The notes under the pieces are model-generated. The model had not been told where the DNA came from and did no database searches. It was given only the letters and a program-made list of their open reading frames with translations. Below are positions 55,598 to 64,000 of a DNA stretch of 64,000 nt, in pieces. The DNA comes from an uncultured Lachnospiraceae bacterium. Lineage in GTDB: Bacteria; Bacillota; Clostridia; Lachnospirales; Lachnospiraceae. The DNA is taken from positions 1,723 to 65,722 of the forward strand of contig CADBCZ010000009.1 in NCBI GenBank assembly GCA_902793335.1, written 5' to 3'. How positions within the stretch are numbered: position 1 is the stretch's first letter; each line of letters opens with the position of its first letter. The position numbers and the translations under genes were made by a program.

Positions 55598-55939
55598 TGG
55601 AGCTGGCGGGAATCGAACCCGCGTCCGAAAACTCTTCCATCATGGCATCTCCCATTACAGTCGATCTACAGACATTCCCTCAGATTGCCGCCAATCGACA
55701 GGCCACAACCCTCAGTAGCTTCATAAATCTTTTGACATGTCAAAGCTTTCATGCCAAAGTTCCCCGCTGTTTTGATGCCTTATCCCAAGCCGCGAGTGAA
55801 CTTAGGTAAGACAGCTGCCATTAGGCAGCGTACGCTAACTTATTGTCTGCGTTTATATTTAATTCCAAGTTTTTAGATGGTCCTGGTCCATCAATGGCTT
55901 CCATGATTTCTAAATCCCCGTCGAAACCAGTACAACCCC
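55598..55939 (-). ncRNA. ssrA: tmRNA (SsrA)
   Basis: Minus strand reads 5' GGGGTTGTACTGGTTTCGACGGGGA ... GGACGCGGGTTCGATTCCCGCCAGCTCCA 3'. The acceptor stem pairs, including the G3-U identity pair, and a T-arm is present. The tag frame ..GCAGACAATAAGTTAGCGTACGCTGCCTAA encodes ADNKLAYAA*. CCA is not encoded. smpB and rnr lie upstream. Confidence 0.9.
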
Positions 55940-55974
55940 TTATATATGTTGACTGATTCTGATAAGTAGTTAGC

Positions 55975-56370
55975 TTATTCTTCTGATGCTGCTTCTTCTG
56001 AAGTAGTTTCTTCTGAAGTAGTCTCTTCCGATGTTGTCTCCTCTGAAGTATCCTCTTCTGATGTTTCATCAGTTGTCTTATCTTCATCTTTGCTTTCTTC
56101 AGAACTCTTAGCCTCGATAGACTTAACAGTATCAACATCTGAACTGTGATTATCATCAATATAATCTGATACGTATGCTGAAAGGCTTGAATCTCCAACA
56201 AACTTAGGTATACTTCTGTATATATTAATACCAACAGGTACACCCACAATAGCTCCTATTATTAAAGCAGTGAGAATACACTTAGCTGCAAACTTTGTTT
56301 TTCTCTGTTTCTCAAGTTGCTTTCTGTTCTTTTTTTCATACTTTCTTTTGTCTACTTTTGCCTGACTCAT
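55975..56370 (-). CDS. 131-aa membrane-anchored protein with a repetitive acidic (T/S-E-E) tail
   Basis: ATG 56370 (MSQAKVDKRK..) follows GGGAGGA. It has a basic N-terminus, the TM helix CILTALIIGAIVGVPVGI, and the tail DETSEEDTSEETTSEETTSEETTSEEAASEE. Confidence 0.6.
   Translation of the reverse strand: MSQAKVDKRKYEKKNRKQLEKQRKTKFAAKCILTALIIGAIVGVPVGINIYRSIPKFVGDSSLSAYVSDYIDDNHSSDVDTVKSIEAKSSEESKDEDKTTDETSEEDTSEETTSEETTSEETTSEEAASEE
55985..56074 (-). repeat. Six tandem 15-bp units encoding the SEE(T/A)(T/A) tail
   Basis: Plus strand reads gatgctgcttcttct / gaagtagtttcttct / gaagtagtctcttcc / gatgttgtctcctct / gaagtatcctcttct / gatgtttcatcagtt. Confidence 0.7.
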
Positions 56371-56464
56371 AGTTTCCTCCCAAAATTTATCATTTCGTCC
56401 TATATAGAGTACCACATTTTTGATAAAAATAAAATAGAAAATTTCGTGAACTTATTTATTTTAT

Positions 56465-56938
56465 TTATCCACGCAGATTTCTAACCTTAAATTCTTTTTC
56501 CGCCTCGCGTTTCATATCCTTTTTGGCGATATCTTTTCTCTTATCATACAGTTTTTTTCCTCGTGCAAGTCCGATTTCAACTTTAACCAGACTATCTTTG
56601 AAATACACTCGCAGCGGAACAACCGTGGAACCCTTTTGCTTTGATTGTCCGACTATTTTATTAATCTCATATTTATGAAGCAAAAGTTTTCTTGGTCGTA
56701 AAGGATCTTTGTTAAAGATATTACCTTTCTCATAAGGTGGAATATGCATTTGTCTGATTATAACTTCACCGTTTTCAACAGCTACAAACGCCTCTTTGAT
56801 ACTGCATTGTCCCATCCTCAAAGATTTGACTTCCGTACCCTTTAACTCTATACCTGCCTCAAACTTCTCATCTATAAAATAATCAAAATATGCTTTTTTA
56901 TTGTTAGCAATCAAACGCTCCCCTTTTTGCTTCGGCAT
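56465..56938 (-). CDS. smpB: SsrA-binding protein SmpB
   Basis: 157 aa with ..[26 protein letters not shown].. and a basic C-terminal tail. Confidence 0.95.
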   Translation of the reverse strand: MPKQKGERLIANNKKAYFDYFIDEKFEAGIELKGTEVKSLRMGQCSIKEAFVAVENGEVIIRQMHIPPYEKGNIFNKDPLRPRKLLLHKYEINKIVGQSKQKGSTVVPLRVYFKDSLVKVEIGLARGKKLYDKRKDIAKKDMKREAEKEFKVRNLRG

Positions 56939-56952
56939 TTGTAATTACCTCC

Positions 56953-59103
56953 TTAAATAACTTCAAAATCGATAGTGAGCATCCTTTTATCAGTATCAAT
57001 CACAACGACATCTACCTTCTGTCCCATCTGATAAATATTACCGGTCTCTCTTCCATATATCAGCATGTTCTCTTCATCAAAAAGATAGTAATCACCGGGA
57101 ATTGACGCTAAACTCACCATTCCCTCTATTGTATTATCAAGTTCAACATAGAACCCATATCCTGTGACACCTGAAATATGACCTTCAAATTCTTCACCTA
57201 TATGTTTGCTCATATACTGTACTTTTTTCAGTTTTTCAACCTGTCTCTCCGCTTCATCCGCCCGTCTTTCTCTCTTTGAATTAGACTTTGCGATATCCGG
57301 AAGAATTTTATTATAATGTAATATACGTTCGTCAGTCAATCGTCCATGTATATTTTCTTTAATAATCCTGTGAATCTGCAGGTCGGGATATCTTCGTATA
57401 GGTGAAGTAAAATGACAATAGTATCTGGCTGCCAATCCAAAATGACCCGAACACTCCACCTGATATCTTGCCTGTTGCATACTTCTTAAAACCATACGGC
57501 TAATATAATTTTCTTCCTCAGTTCCGTCTATTGCAGCAAGTAGCTTTTGTAATTCCTTAGGATGAATATCGTCCGACGGCGATTTAAGATAATAGCCAAA
57601 TTTCTCTATTATTTTTTTCAGATTATTAACCTTGTCCTTATCGGGATGTTCATGTACGCGGAATTCAAAAGGAAGCTCCTGCCAGTAATAATCCTCAGCA
57701 ACAGTTTCATTCGCCATCAACATAAAATCTTCGATAATCCTGTGGGCCACATTCTGATTTCTGACTCCTATCTCAATCGGCCTGCCTTCCGGTGTCAGCT
57801 TTATCTGTGCCTCCGGGAAATCAAAATCAATTGACCCGCGTTCTCGTCTTCTTCCTCTGATTATATCAGACAACTTTTTCATGTTAGTTAACATTTCAAA
57901 CAGATTTGAATAATCAGCAACGTCACCAATACCAGAGGATTTGGCTAGCCCGGCATCTTCAACACAGCCTAACTTCAATAATATCTCATACACCTTGTCA
58001 TAGGTCATTCTGTTGTTGACATTTATAACCGTTTCTTCAATGACATGATTAATCACCTTACCTGTGTAATCTATGTCCATGATACATGATAACGCAAGCC
58101 TGTCCTCTCCCTCATTAAGGGAGCAAATTCCATTAGACAATTCAGTAGGAAGCATAGGTATTACCCTGTCTATAAGATATACACTAGTACCTCGTTCTAA
58201 AGCCTCCACATCTAATGCCGAACCTTCCTTAACATAATGAGAAACATCGGCAATATGAACTCCGAGTCTGTATCCTCCGTCAATTAAACTTAATGAAACA
58301 GCATCATCAAGATCTTTTGAATCCGCTCCATCTATCGTTATTGTCAGAACATCTCTATAATCAGTTCTGCCATCTAAATCTTCATTTTTAACGACAGCAC
58401 CGACATTCTCAGCCTCTAACAGAACTTCGTCAGAAAATTCAACAGGCAATTCACAAGCTCTCACAATCGATATTATATCCGTCCCCGGATCACTTACATG
58501 TCCTAATATTTCAATTATTTCGCCTTCAGCTTTATGATCCCTGTCTCCATATTCAGTAATCCGTGCTACAACCTTATTACCGTTGACAGAATTCATACTC
58601 TTAGATTCAGGTATATATATATCCTCACCAAGCTTTCTGTTATCAGGAATCACAAAACCAAAATTTTTATATTTCTTATAATAACCGACAACCTCATTAT
58701 TAACGTGTTCTATTATTTTTATAACACGCGCTTCTTTTCTTCGTCCTGATCTGCTATCTACAATTGTTATCAATACCGTGTCACCATTAAGAGCTCCATG
58801 AGTCTCCCTATCACTTACGTAATAGTCCTCATCTTCTCCTTCAACAGTTACAAATCCGAAACCTCTCTGATTACCGGTGAAAACTCCTGTTTTTTCAACA
58901 CTTGACAGAGATTGGAATTTACCACGTTTTGTATGGATTATACGACCTTCTTCAACCAGTTCCATCAGAAGATCATGAAAGTCAGCTCTATTATCTGACG
59001 GCACCTGCAAAAGAAAAGCCAGCTCCTTCTGTTTCATAGGCTTATACGTAGGATCATTTATTAAGTTTAATATTGTATTTTTTCTTTGTTCTCTAATATC
59101 CAT
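56953..59103 (-). CDS. rnr: Ribonuclease R
   Basis: 716 aa with cold-shock/OB domains, an RNB catalytic domain (TIDGADSKDLDDAVS) and a C-terminal S1 domain. Confidence 0.93.
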   Translation of the reverse strand: MDIREQRKNTILNLINDPTYKPMKQKELAFLLQVPSDNRADFHDLLMELVEEGRIIHTKRGKFQSLSSVEKTGVFTGNQRGFGFVTVEGEDEDYYVSDRETHGALNGDTVLITIVDSRSGRRKEARVIKIIEHVNNEVVGYYKKYKNFGFVIPDNRKLGEDIYIPESKSMNSVNGNKVVARITEYGDRDHKAEGEIIEILGHVSDPGTDIISIVRACELPVEFSDEVLLEAENVGAVVKNEDLDGRTDYRDVLTITIDGADSKDLDDAVSLSLIDGGYRLGVHIADVSHYVKEGSALDVEALERGTSVYLIDRVIPMLPTELSNGICSLNEGEDRLALSCIMDIDYTGKVINHVIEETVINVNNRMTYDKVYEILLKLGCVEDAGLAKSSGIGDVADYSNLFEMLTNMKKLSDIIRGRRRERGSIDFDFPEAQIKLTPEGRPIEIGVRNQNVAHRIIEDFMLMANETVAEDYYWQELPFEFRVHEHPDKDKVNNLKKIIEKFGYYLKSPSDDIHPKELQKLLAAIDGTEEENYISRMVLRSMQQARYQVECSGHFGLAARYYCHFTSPIRRYPDLQIHRIIKENIHGRLTDERILHYNKILPDIAKSNSKRERRADEAERQVEKLKKVQYMSKHIGEEFEGHISGVTGYGFYVELDNTIEGMVSLASIPGDYYLFDEENMLIYGRETGNIYQMGQKVDVVVIDTDKRMLTIDFEVI

Positions 59104-59143
59104 ATTCTTTCACCCATCAGACAAAAATATCATCATTAACTCA

Positions 59144-59175
59144 TAAAAAAACTGCCGCATATAGTATGCAGCAGT
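59144..59175 (-). terminator. Rho-independent terminator of secG
   Basis: On the minus strand, ACTGCTGC-9 nt-GCGGCAGT is followed by TTTTTTTATGAG. Confidence 0.75.
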
Positions 59176-59182
59176 TTGTAAA

Positions 59183-59425
59183 CTAATTCATAAACTTAGA
59201 ACTTAACAACAATGCAACTCCCAAGAATATAATAACAGCAATTGTTGTTGCCAAAACAAGGTAAGACTCTTTCGAACGTCCTTTGTTCTTGCTCCAATAT
59301 GTCTCTCCGGCAGCAGCTCCACCGGCAAGACTTCCAAGTCCGTTATCCTTAGCTTCCTGCGCTAATACTATAATACAAATCAATACACATACAATCAAAA
59401 ACACTACTGTAAGTGCTGTCTTCAT
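59183..59425 (-). CDS. secG: Preprotein translocase subunit SecG
   Basis: 80 aa with two TM helices separated by a Gly-rich loop (GLGSLAGGAAAG). It lies between eno and rnr as in Bacillus. Confidence 0.85.
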   Translation of the reverse strand: MKTALTVVFLIVCVLICIIVLAQEAKDNGLGSLAGGAAAGETYWSKNKGRSKESYLVLATTIAVIIFLGVALLLSSKFMN

Positions 59426-59497
59426 AATATCAATCCTCCTACGTTGGGTATTACTTCTTCAAAACTCACTAACCGATATAATATCACAACAATCCTT

Positions 59498-60787
59498 CTA
59501 TGGCAAGAAAAATTTTGAATCTTTTCCGATTTCTTCCTCAATCTTGAGCAGACGATTATATTTTGCCACTCTGTCACCCCTGCACGGAGCTCCGGTTTTA
59601 ATCTGTCCGGACGAAACCGCCACAGCCAAATCCGCTATAAATGAATCCTCAGTATCTCCTGCCCTATGACTAATGATAGTTTTATATCCTGCACATTTAG
59701 CTATCTCAACCGCATTAAGCGTTTCTGTGAGAGTCCCTATCTGATTAGGTTTTATCAATACTGAATTAGCCATCTTGTTAGAAACACCATAAATGATTCT
59801 TTTCTCATTGGTGGCAAACAAATCATCACCAACCAATTGAATCTTATCTCCAAGTCTGTAGGTTAGTAATTTCCAACCCTTTATATCATTTTCTCCCAAA
59901 CCATCCTCTATGGAATAAAGTGGATATCTGTTTACAAGATCTTCGTAATACTGAACCATTTCTTCAGCATTTCGGTATATTTCCTTACCGCTCATATAGC
60001 TTTCACCGGGAAAATAATACATGTCATTATTCTCGTCATACAGTTTGGATGCCGCTACATCTATCGCAAATTTAATATCTATTTCAGGTCTGTATCCCGC
60101 AGCTTCCACTGCCTCCATCATAACATCCAGCACTTCTGACGCAGACGACAAATCCGGTATAAAACCTCCATCATCACCCAATCCGGTAGATAATTTTCGG
60201 AAAATCAGAACCCTATTCATTGCACTGAATATCTCGCACGCCATCTCCATAGCATGTGAAAAACTATCAGCACCAACCGGTGCAATCATAAATTCCTTTA
60301 TATCAATCGTGTTACGCACATTTTTCCCACCGTTTAGCAGATTGATCATAGGCAACGGTAACAACTTAGTGTTAATTCCGCCTATATATCTGTATAACGG
60401 AATAGAAAGAGCATTTGCACAGGCTCTGGCACACGCAAGAGACACACCAAGGATCGCGTTAGATCCGTACTTCTTTTTATTATCAGTACCATCAGCTTTT
60501 ATCAGCAGATTGTCAATTTTGACCTGTTCTAAAGCATTCATACCGATTATTTTATCAGCAATTCTTGTGTTGACATTGGTTACGGCCTGTTCAACTCCAT
60601 AACCGTTATGCCTTTTATCTCCGTCACGCAATTCCATCGCTTCATATTGTCCTATAGAAACACCGCTCGGAACTGATGCACTTCCGGTAATTCCGTCTTT
60701 TAGTTTTATTGTCACATCAAGTGTCGGATTACCTATAGAATCTATGATTTCTACTGCATGTACATTTAAAATTTCATACTCTTTCAT
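59498..60787 (-). CDS. eno: Enolase-family protein (phosphopyruvate hydratase homologue) with atypical active-site residues
   Basis: 429 aa that aligns end to end with enolase. The metal ligands and Lys345/Lys396/His373 equivalents are kept (IDVAAS, SIEDGL, LVGDDL, LIKPNQIGT, SHRAGDTED, GQIKTG). Other near-invariant positions differ; see the finding at 59498-60787. Confidence 0.8.
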   Translation of the reverse strand: MKEYEILNVHAVEIIDSIGNPTLDVTIKLKDGITGSASVPSGVSIGQYEAMELRDGDKRHNGYGVEQAVTNVNTRIADKIIGMNALEQVKIDNLLIKADGTDNKKKYGSNAILGVSLACARACANALSIPLYRYIGGINTKLLPLPMINLLNGGKNVRNTIDIKEFMIAPVGADSFSHAMEMACEIFSAMNRVLIFRKLSTGLGDDGGFIPDLSSASEVLDVMMEAVEAAGYRPEIDIKFAIDVAASKLYDENNDMYYFPGESYMSGKEIYRNAEEMVQYYEDLVNRYPLYSIEDGLGENDIKGWKLLTYRLGDKIQLVGDDLFATNEKRIIYGVSNKMANSVLIKPNQIGTLTETLNAVEIAKCAGYKTIISHRAGDTEDSFIADLAVAVSSGQIKTGAPCRGDRVAKYNRLLKIEEEIGKDSKFFLP

Positions 60788-60884
60788 GGATAATATTCCT
60801 TCCTCGAATTGAAATATTTAACTAAATATTGATTCTAAAAGAAAGTATTACCATGAAAAATATATTTATACATTTACTAAAATA

Positions 60885-62423
60885 TTATTTTACAATAAGG
60901 CTCTTTCCTGTCATCTCAGCAGGCTGAGGCATCTCCATAATCTCAAGCAATGTAGGAACGATATCTGCAAGACATCCACCCTCTCTAAGCTTAACATCAC
61001 CGTAGTTCACAAGAATAAATGGTACAGGGTTTGTTGTATGAGCTGTATGTGGCTCACCTGTCTCGTAATCGATCATCTTCTCAGCGTTACCGTGATCAGC
61101 ACATATGAACATTACACCATCAACTGACTTAACAGCTTCTACTGCACTTCCTACACACTGATCAACTCTCTCAACTGCCTTAACCGCAGCATCAATAACT
61201 CCGGTATGACCAACCATATCAGGGTTAGCGAAATTAATAACAATAACATCATATTTACCGCTTGTAATAGCAGCATTTAACTTCTCAGAAACCTCAGGTG
61301 CACTCATCTCAGGCTGAAGATCATATGTTGCTACTGCCGGAGACTTTACAAGTATTCTTTCCTCGTTCTCATTAGGCTCTTCTACACCACCATTGAAGAA
61401 GAATGTTACATGAGCATATTTCTCTGTCTCAGCAAGACGAAGCTGCTTTAAACCATTCTTAGCAAGGTACTCGCCAAAAGTATTAACGATATTCTGTTTC
61501 TTAAATGCGATAATCTTATTAGGGATTGTCTCATCATAATCCTTAAAGCATACATATGTAAGAGGAATACGACCTGTCTTTCTCTCAAAACCTGTAAAGT
61601 CATCATCACAGAAAGCTCTTGTAATTTCTCTCGCTCTGTCAGGACGGAAGTTAAAGAAGATAACTGAATCATTCTCTTTAACAAGTGAAACCGGCTGTCC
61701 ATTCTCTGTAATAACAGTAGGAAGAACAAACTCATCTGTCACGTCCTCAGCATAAGAATCTTCCATAGCCTTAACCGGATCCTCTGCCAAAACACCTTCG
61801 CCATATACTAATGAAGCATATGCTTTCTCAACTCTATCCCATCTGTTATCTCTGTCCATTGCATAATATCTACCAGAAAGTGATGCAACCTTACCTACAC
61901 CGATTTCTTTAGTCTTCTCGATAAGCTCTACAAGATAGTCTTTTCCTGATGCAGGAGGTGTGTCACGTCCATCAAAGAATGGATGAATAAATACTTTCTC
62001 AAGTCCCTGTTTCTTACAGAGTTCAAGAATACCATATAAATGTGTATTGTGACTGTGAACACCACCATCAGAAAGAAGTCCCCAAAGATGAAGGCTTGTA
62101 CCATTCTTCTTACAGTTTTCGATAGCTGTAAGCATAGCCTCATTCTCGAAGAAATCACCATCTTCAATAGCCTTGGTAATAGATGTAAGGTCCTGATAAA
62201 TGATGCGTCCAGCACCCATGTTCATATGTCCTACCTCTGAATTACCCATTTGTCCCTCAGGGAGTCCTACAGCCATTCCTGAAGCATTACCTTTTACAAA
62301 AGGGCACTCTTTCATAAGGCTATCCATAACAGGAGTATTTGCCATTGCTATAGCATTACCCTCTGTCTTCTCATTAAGTCCATATCCATCAAGAATCATT
62401 AAAACTACTGGTTTTTTACTCAT
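60885..62423 (-). CDS. gpmI: 2,3-bisphosphoglycerate-independent phosphoglycerate mutase
   Basis: 512 aa with VLMILDGYG, GQMGNSEVGHMNMGAGR and ADHGNAE motifs. Confidence 0.94.
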   Translation of the reverse strand: MSKKPVVLMILDGYGLNEKTEGNAIAMANTPVMDSLMKECPFVKGNASGMAVGLPEGQMGNSEVGHMNMGAGRIIYQDLTSITKAIEDGDFFENEAMLTAIENCKKNGTSLHLWGLLSDGGVHSHNTHLYGILELCKKQGLEKVFIHPFFDGRDTPPASGKDYLVELIEKTKEIGVGKVASLSGRYYAMDRDNRWDRVEKAYASLVYGEGVLAEDPVKAMEDSYAEDVTDEFVLPTVITENGQPVSLVKENDSVIFFNFRPDRAREITRAFCDDDFTGFERKTGRIPLTYVCFKDYDETIPNKIIAFKKQNIVNTFGEYLAKNGLKQLRLAETEKYAHVTFFFNGGVEEPNENEERILVKSPAVATYDLQPEMSAPEVSEKLNAAITSGKYDVIVINFANPDMVGHTGVIDAAVKAVERVDQCVGSAVEAVKSVDGVMFICADHGNAEKMIDYETGEPHTAHTTNPVPFILVNYGDVKLREGGCLADIVPTLLEIMEMPQPAEMTGKSLIVK

Positions 62424-62456
62424 TTCTGTTCTCCTTTATATAATATATTTATTCAT

Positions 62457-62960
62457 TTATAGGTCATATACCTTATGTCTCAAATATGTCTTCACGTGAT
62501 TAACGCACTTGTCATTAAATTCCATAAGAACAAGCTCTTTTTTATCATTTTTTTCTATAATTGCGGCAACTTTAGCTTCCCCATTTTTCTTGGAAGTAAA
62601 GTCATATCTCTTCTCAATTTTCTCTCCTGCAATTCTATTAGAATCACCCGGACATACCATTTTAACATCAGCCGCATCAAACTGCTTTTTTACTTTTCTT
62701 CTGCTAGCACCATATATTGCAGATATTTCAAAGCTTCCATTGGTGATTATATATTCATACTCAACATTTTTCATCTTCATGAAAAAACCGATAAGGAATA
62801 TACCTATCATAACTAAAGCAAGACCGACAAGGTCAAAAAGCAAGACACCTAAACCAAGCAAAATACAGATAATTCCTGCGCCGATTCCAAGATAAAAATT
62901 TGCCTCAGATTTCGACTTTACCGCATATTCAACATAACTGTCATTCATCAACATATTCAT
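62457..62960 (-). CDS. Hypothetical 167-aa membrane protein (two TM helices + soluble C-terminal domain)
   Basis: Contains a hydrophobic hairpin FYLGIGAGIICILLGLGVLLFDLVGLALVMIGIFLIGFF. I recognise no motif. Confidence 0.55.
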   Translation of the reverse strand: MNMLMNDSYVEYAVKSKSEANFYLGIGAGIICILLGLGVLLFDLVGLALVMIGIFLIGFFMKMKNVEYEYIITNGSFEISAIYGASRRKVKKQFDAADVKMVCPGDSNRIAGEKIEKRYDFTSKKNGEAKVAAIIEKNDKKELVLMEFNDKCVNHVKTYLRHKVYDL

Positions 62961-62996
62961 GTCTCTCTTTCATAACTAAAGATAATATTACAGCTA

Positions 62997-63024
62997 AAGA
63001 GGCAGACTATAATTCCTGCCTCTT
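62997..63024 (-). terminator. Terminator-like hairpin after the GltD-like gene
   Basis: AAGAGGCAG-10 nt-CTGCCTCTT, lying 11 nt after the stop. Confidence 0.5.
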
Positions 63025-63034
63025 ATTACTATAA

Positions 63035-64000
<966 letters not shown>

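Noticed and set aside
55597-56249. Track ORFs 55597..55809 (+, 70 aa) and 55821..56249 (-, 142 aa).
   Set aside because: Both overlap the tmRNA gene. The minus ORF merely reads through the tag frame (it ends ..ADNKLAYAA) and overlaps the better-supported 131-aa ORF in another frame.
62490-62510. A CACGTG-centred sequence resembling a parS site.
   Set aside because: The flanks (GTCTT / ATTAA) match the TGTTC-CACGTG-AAACA consensus poorly, and the sequence lies inside a coding region.

Overview
This 64-kb window is chromosomal core from a low-GC Firmicute. It best fits a butyrate-producing, at least ancestrally spore-forming Clostridia/Lachnospiraceae-type genome. There are about 60 genes, nearly all on the minus strand; only aroC, tmcAL-ylbJ, rpmB and one small ORF are on the plus strand.

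Gene content, left to right:
- purine permease (partial)
- complete butyryl-CoA operon thl-crt-hbd-bcd-etfB-etfA
- 1853-aa secreted LRR + Big_2 surface protein
- rpsB-tsf, DAHP synthase, DD-carboxypeptidase, scpA-scpB
- spoIVA, der-plsY-gpsA, aroC
- cell-wall-binding-repeat protein, xerD, a SpoIIM-like protein, rny
- recA-recX with LexA boxes
- tmcAL and ylbJ, then rsmD-coaD plus a coiled-coil gene, then recG
- Asp23 + DAK2 (yloU/yloV type), rpmB
- ytfI-ytfJ embedded in a tight six-gene cluster with uncharacterised genes
- LysM protein, lipoprotein, GNAT, hisH-hisF
- a 596-aa acidic membrane protein behind a structured ~160-nt leader
- OmpR/HK pair, lipoprotein and CheV
- tmRNA, smpB, rnr, secG
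- an enolase with substitutions at normally invariant residues, then gpmI
- GltD/NfnB-like oxidoreductase (partial)

I saw no CRISPR array, rRNA, tRNA, transposase or prophage genes. Much of the gene order matches Bacillus subtilis (ylbH-ylbM, rpmB-yloUV-recG, eno-secG-rnr-smpB-ssrA).

The best follow-up candidates are:
1. the switch-like leader RNA at 50264-50423
2. the ytfIJ-linked cluster at 41361-45517
3. the divergent enolase
4. the anchor-less giant surface protein

The ORF track uses TTG/GTG as well as ATG starts, so several N-termini were trimmed to the start codon that has a Shine-Dalgarno sequence. All functional calls come from motif and synteny recognition by eye; no database search or folding program was run.
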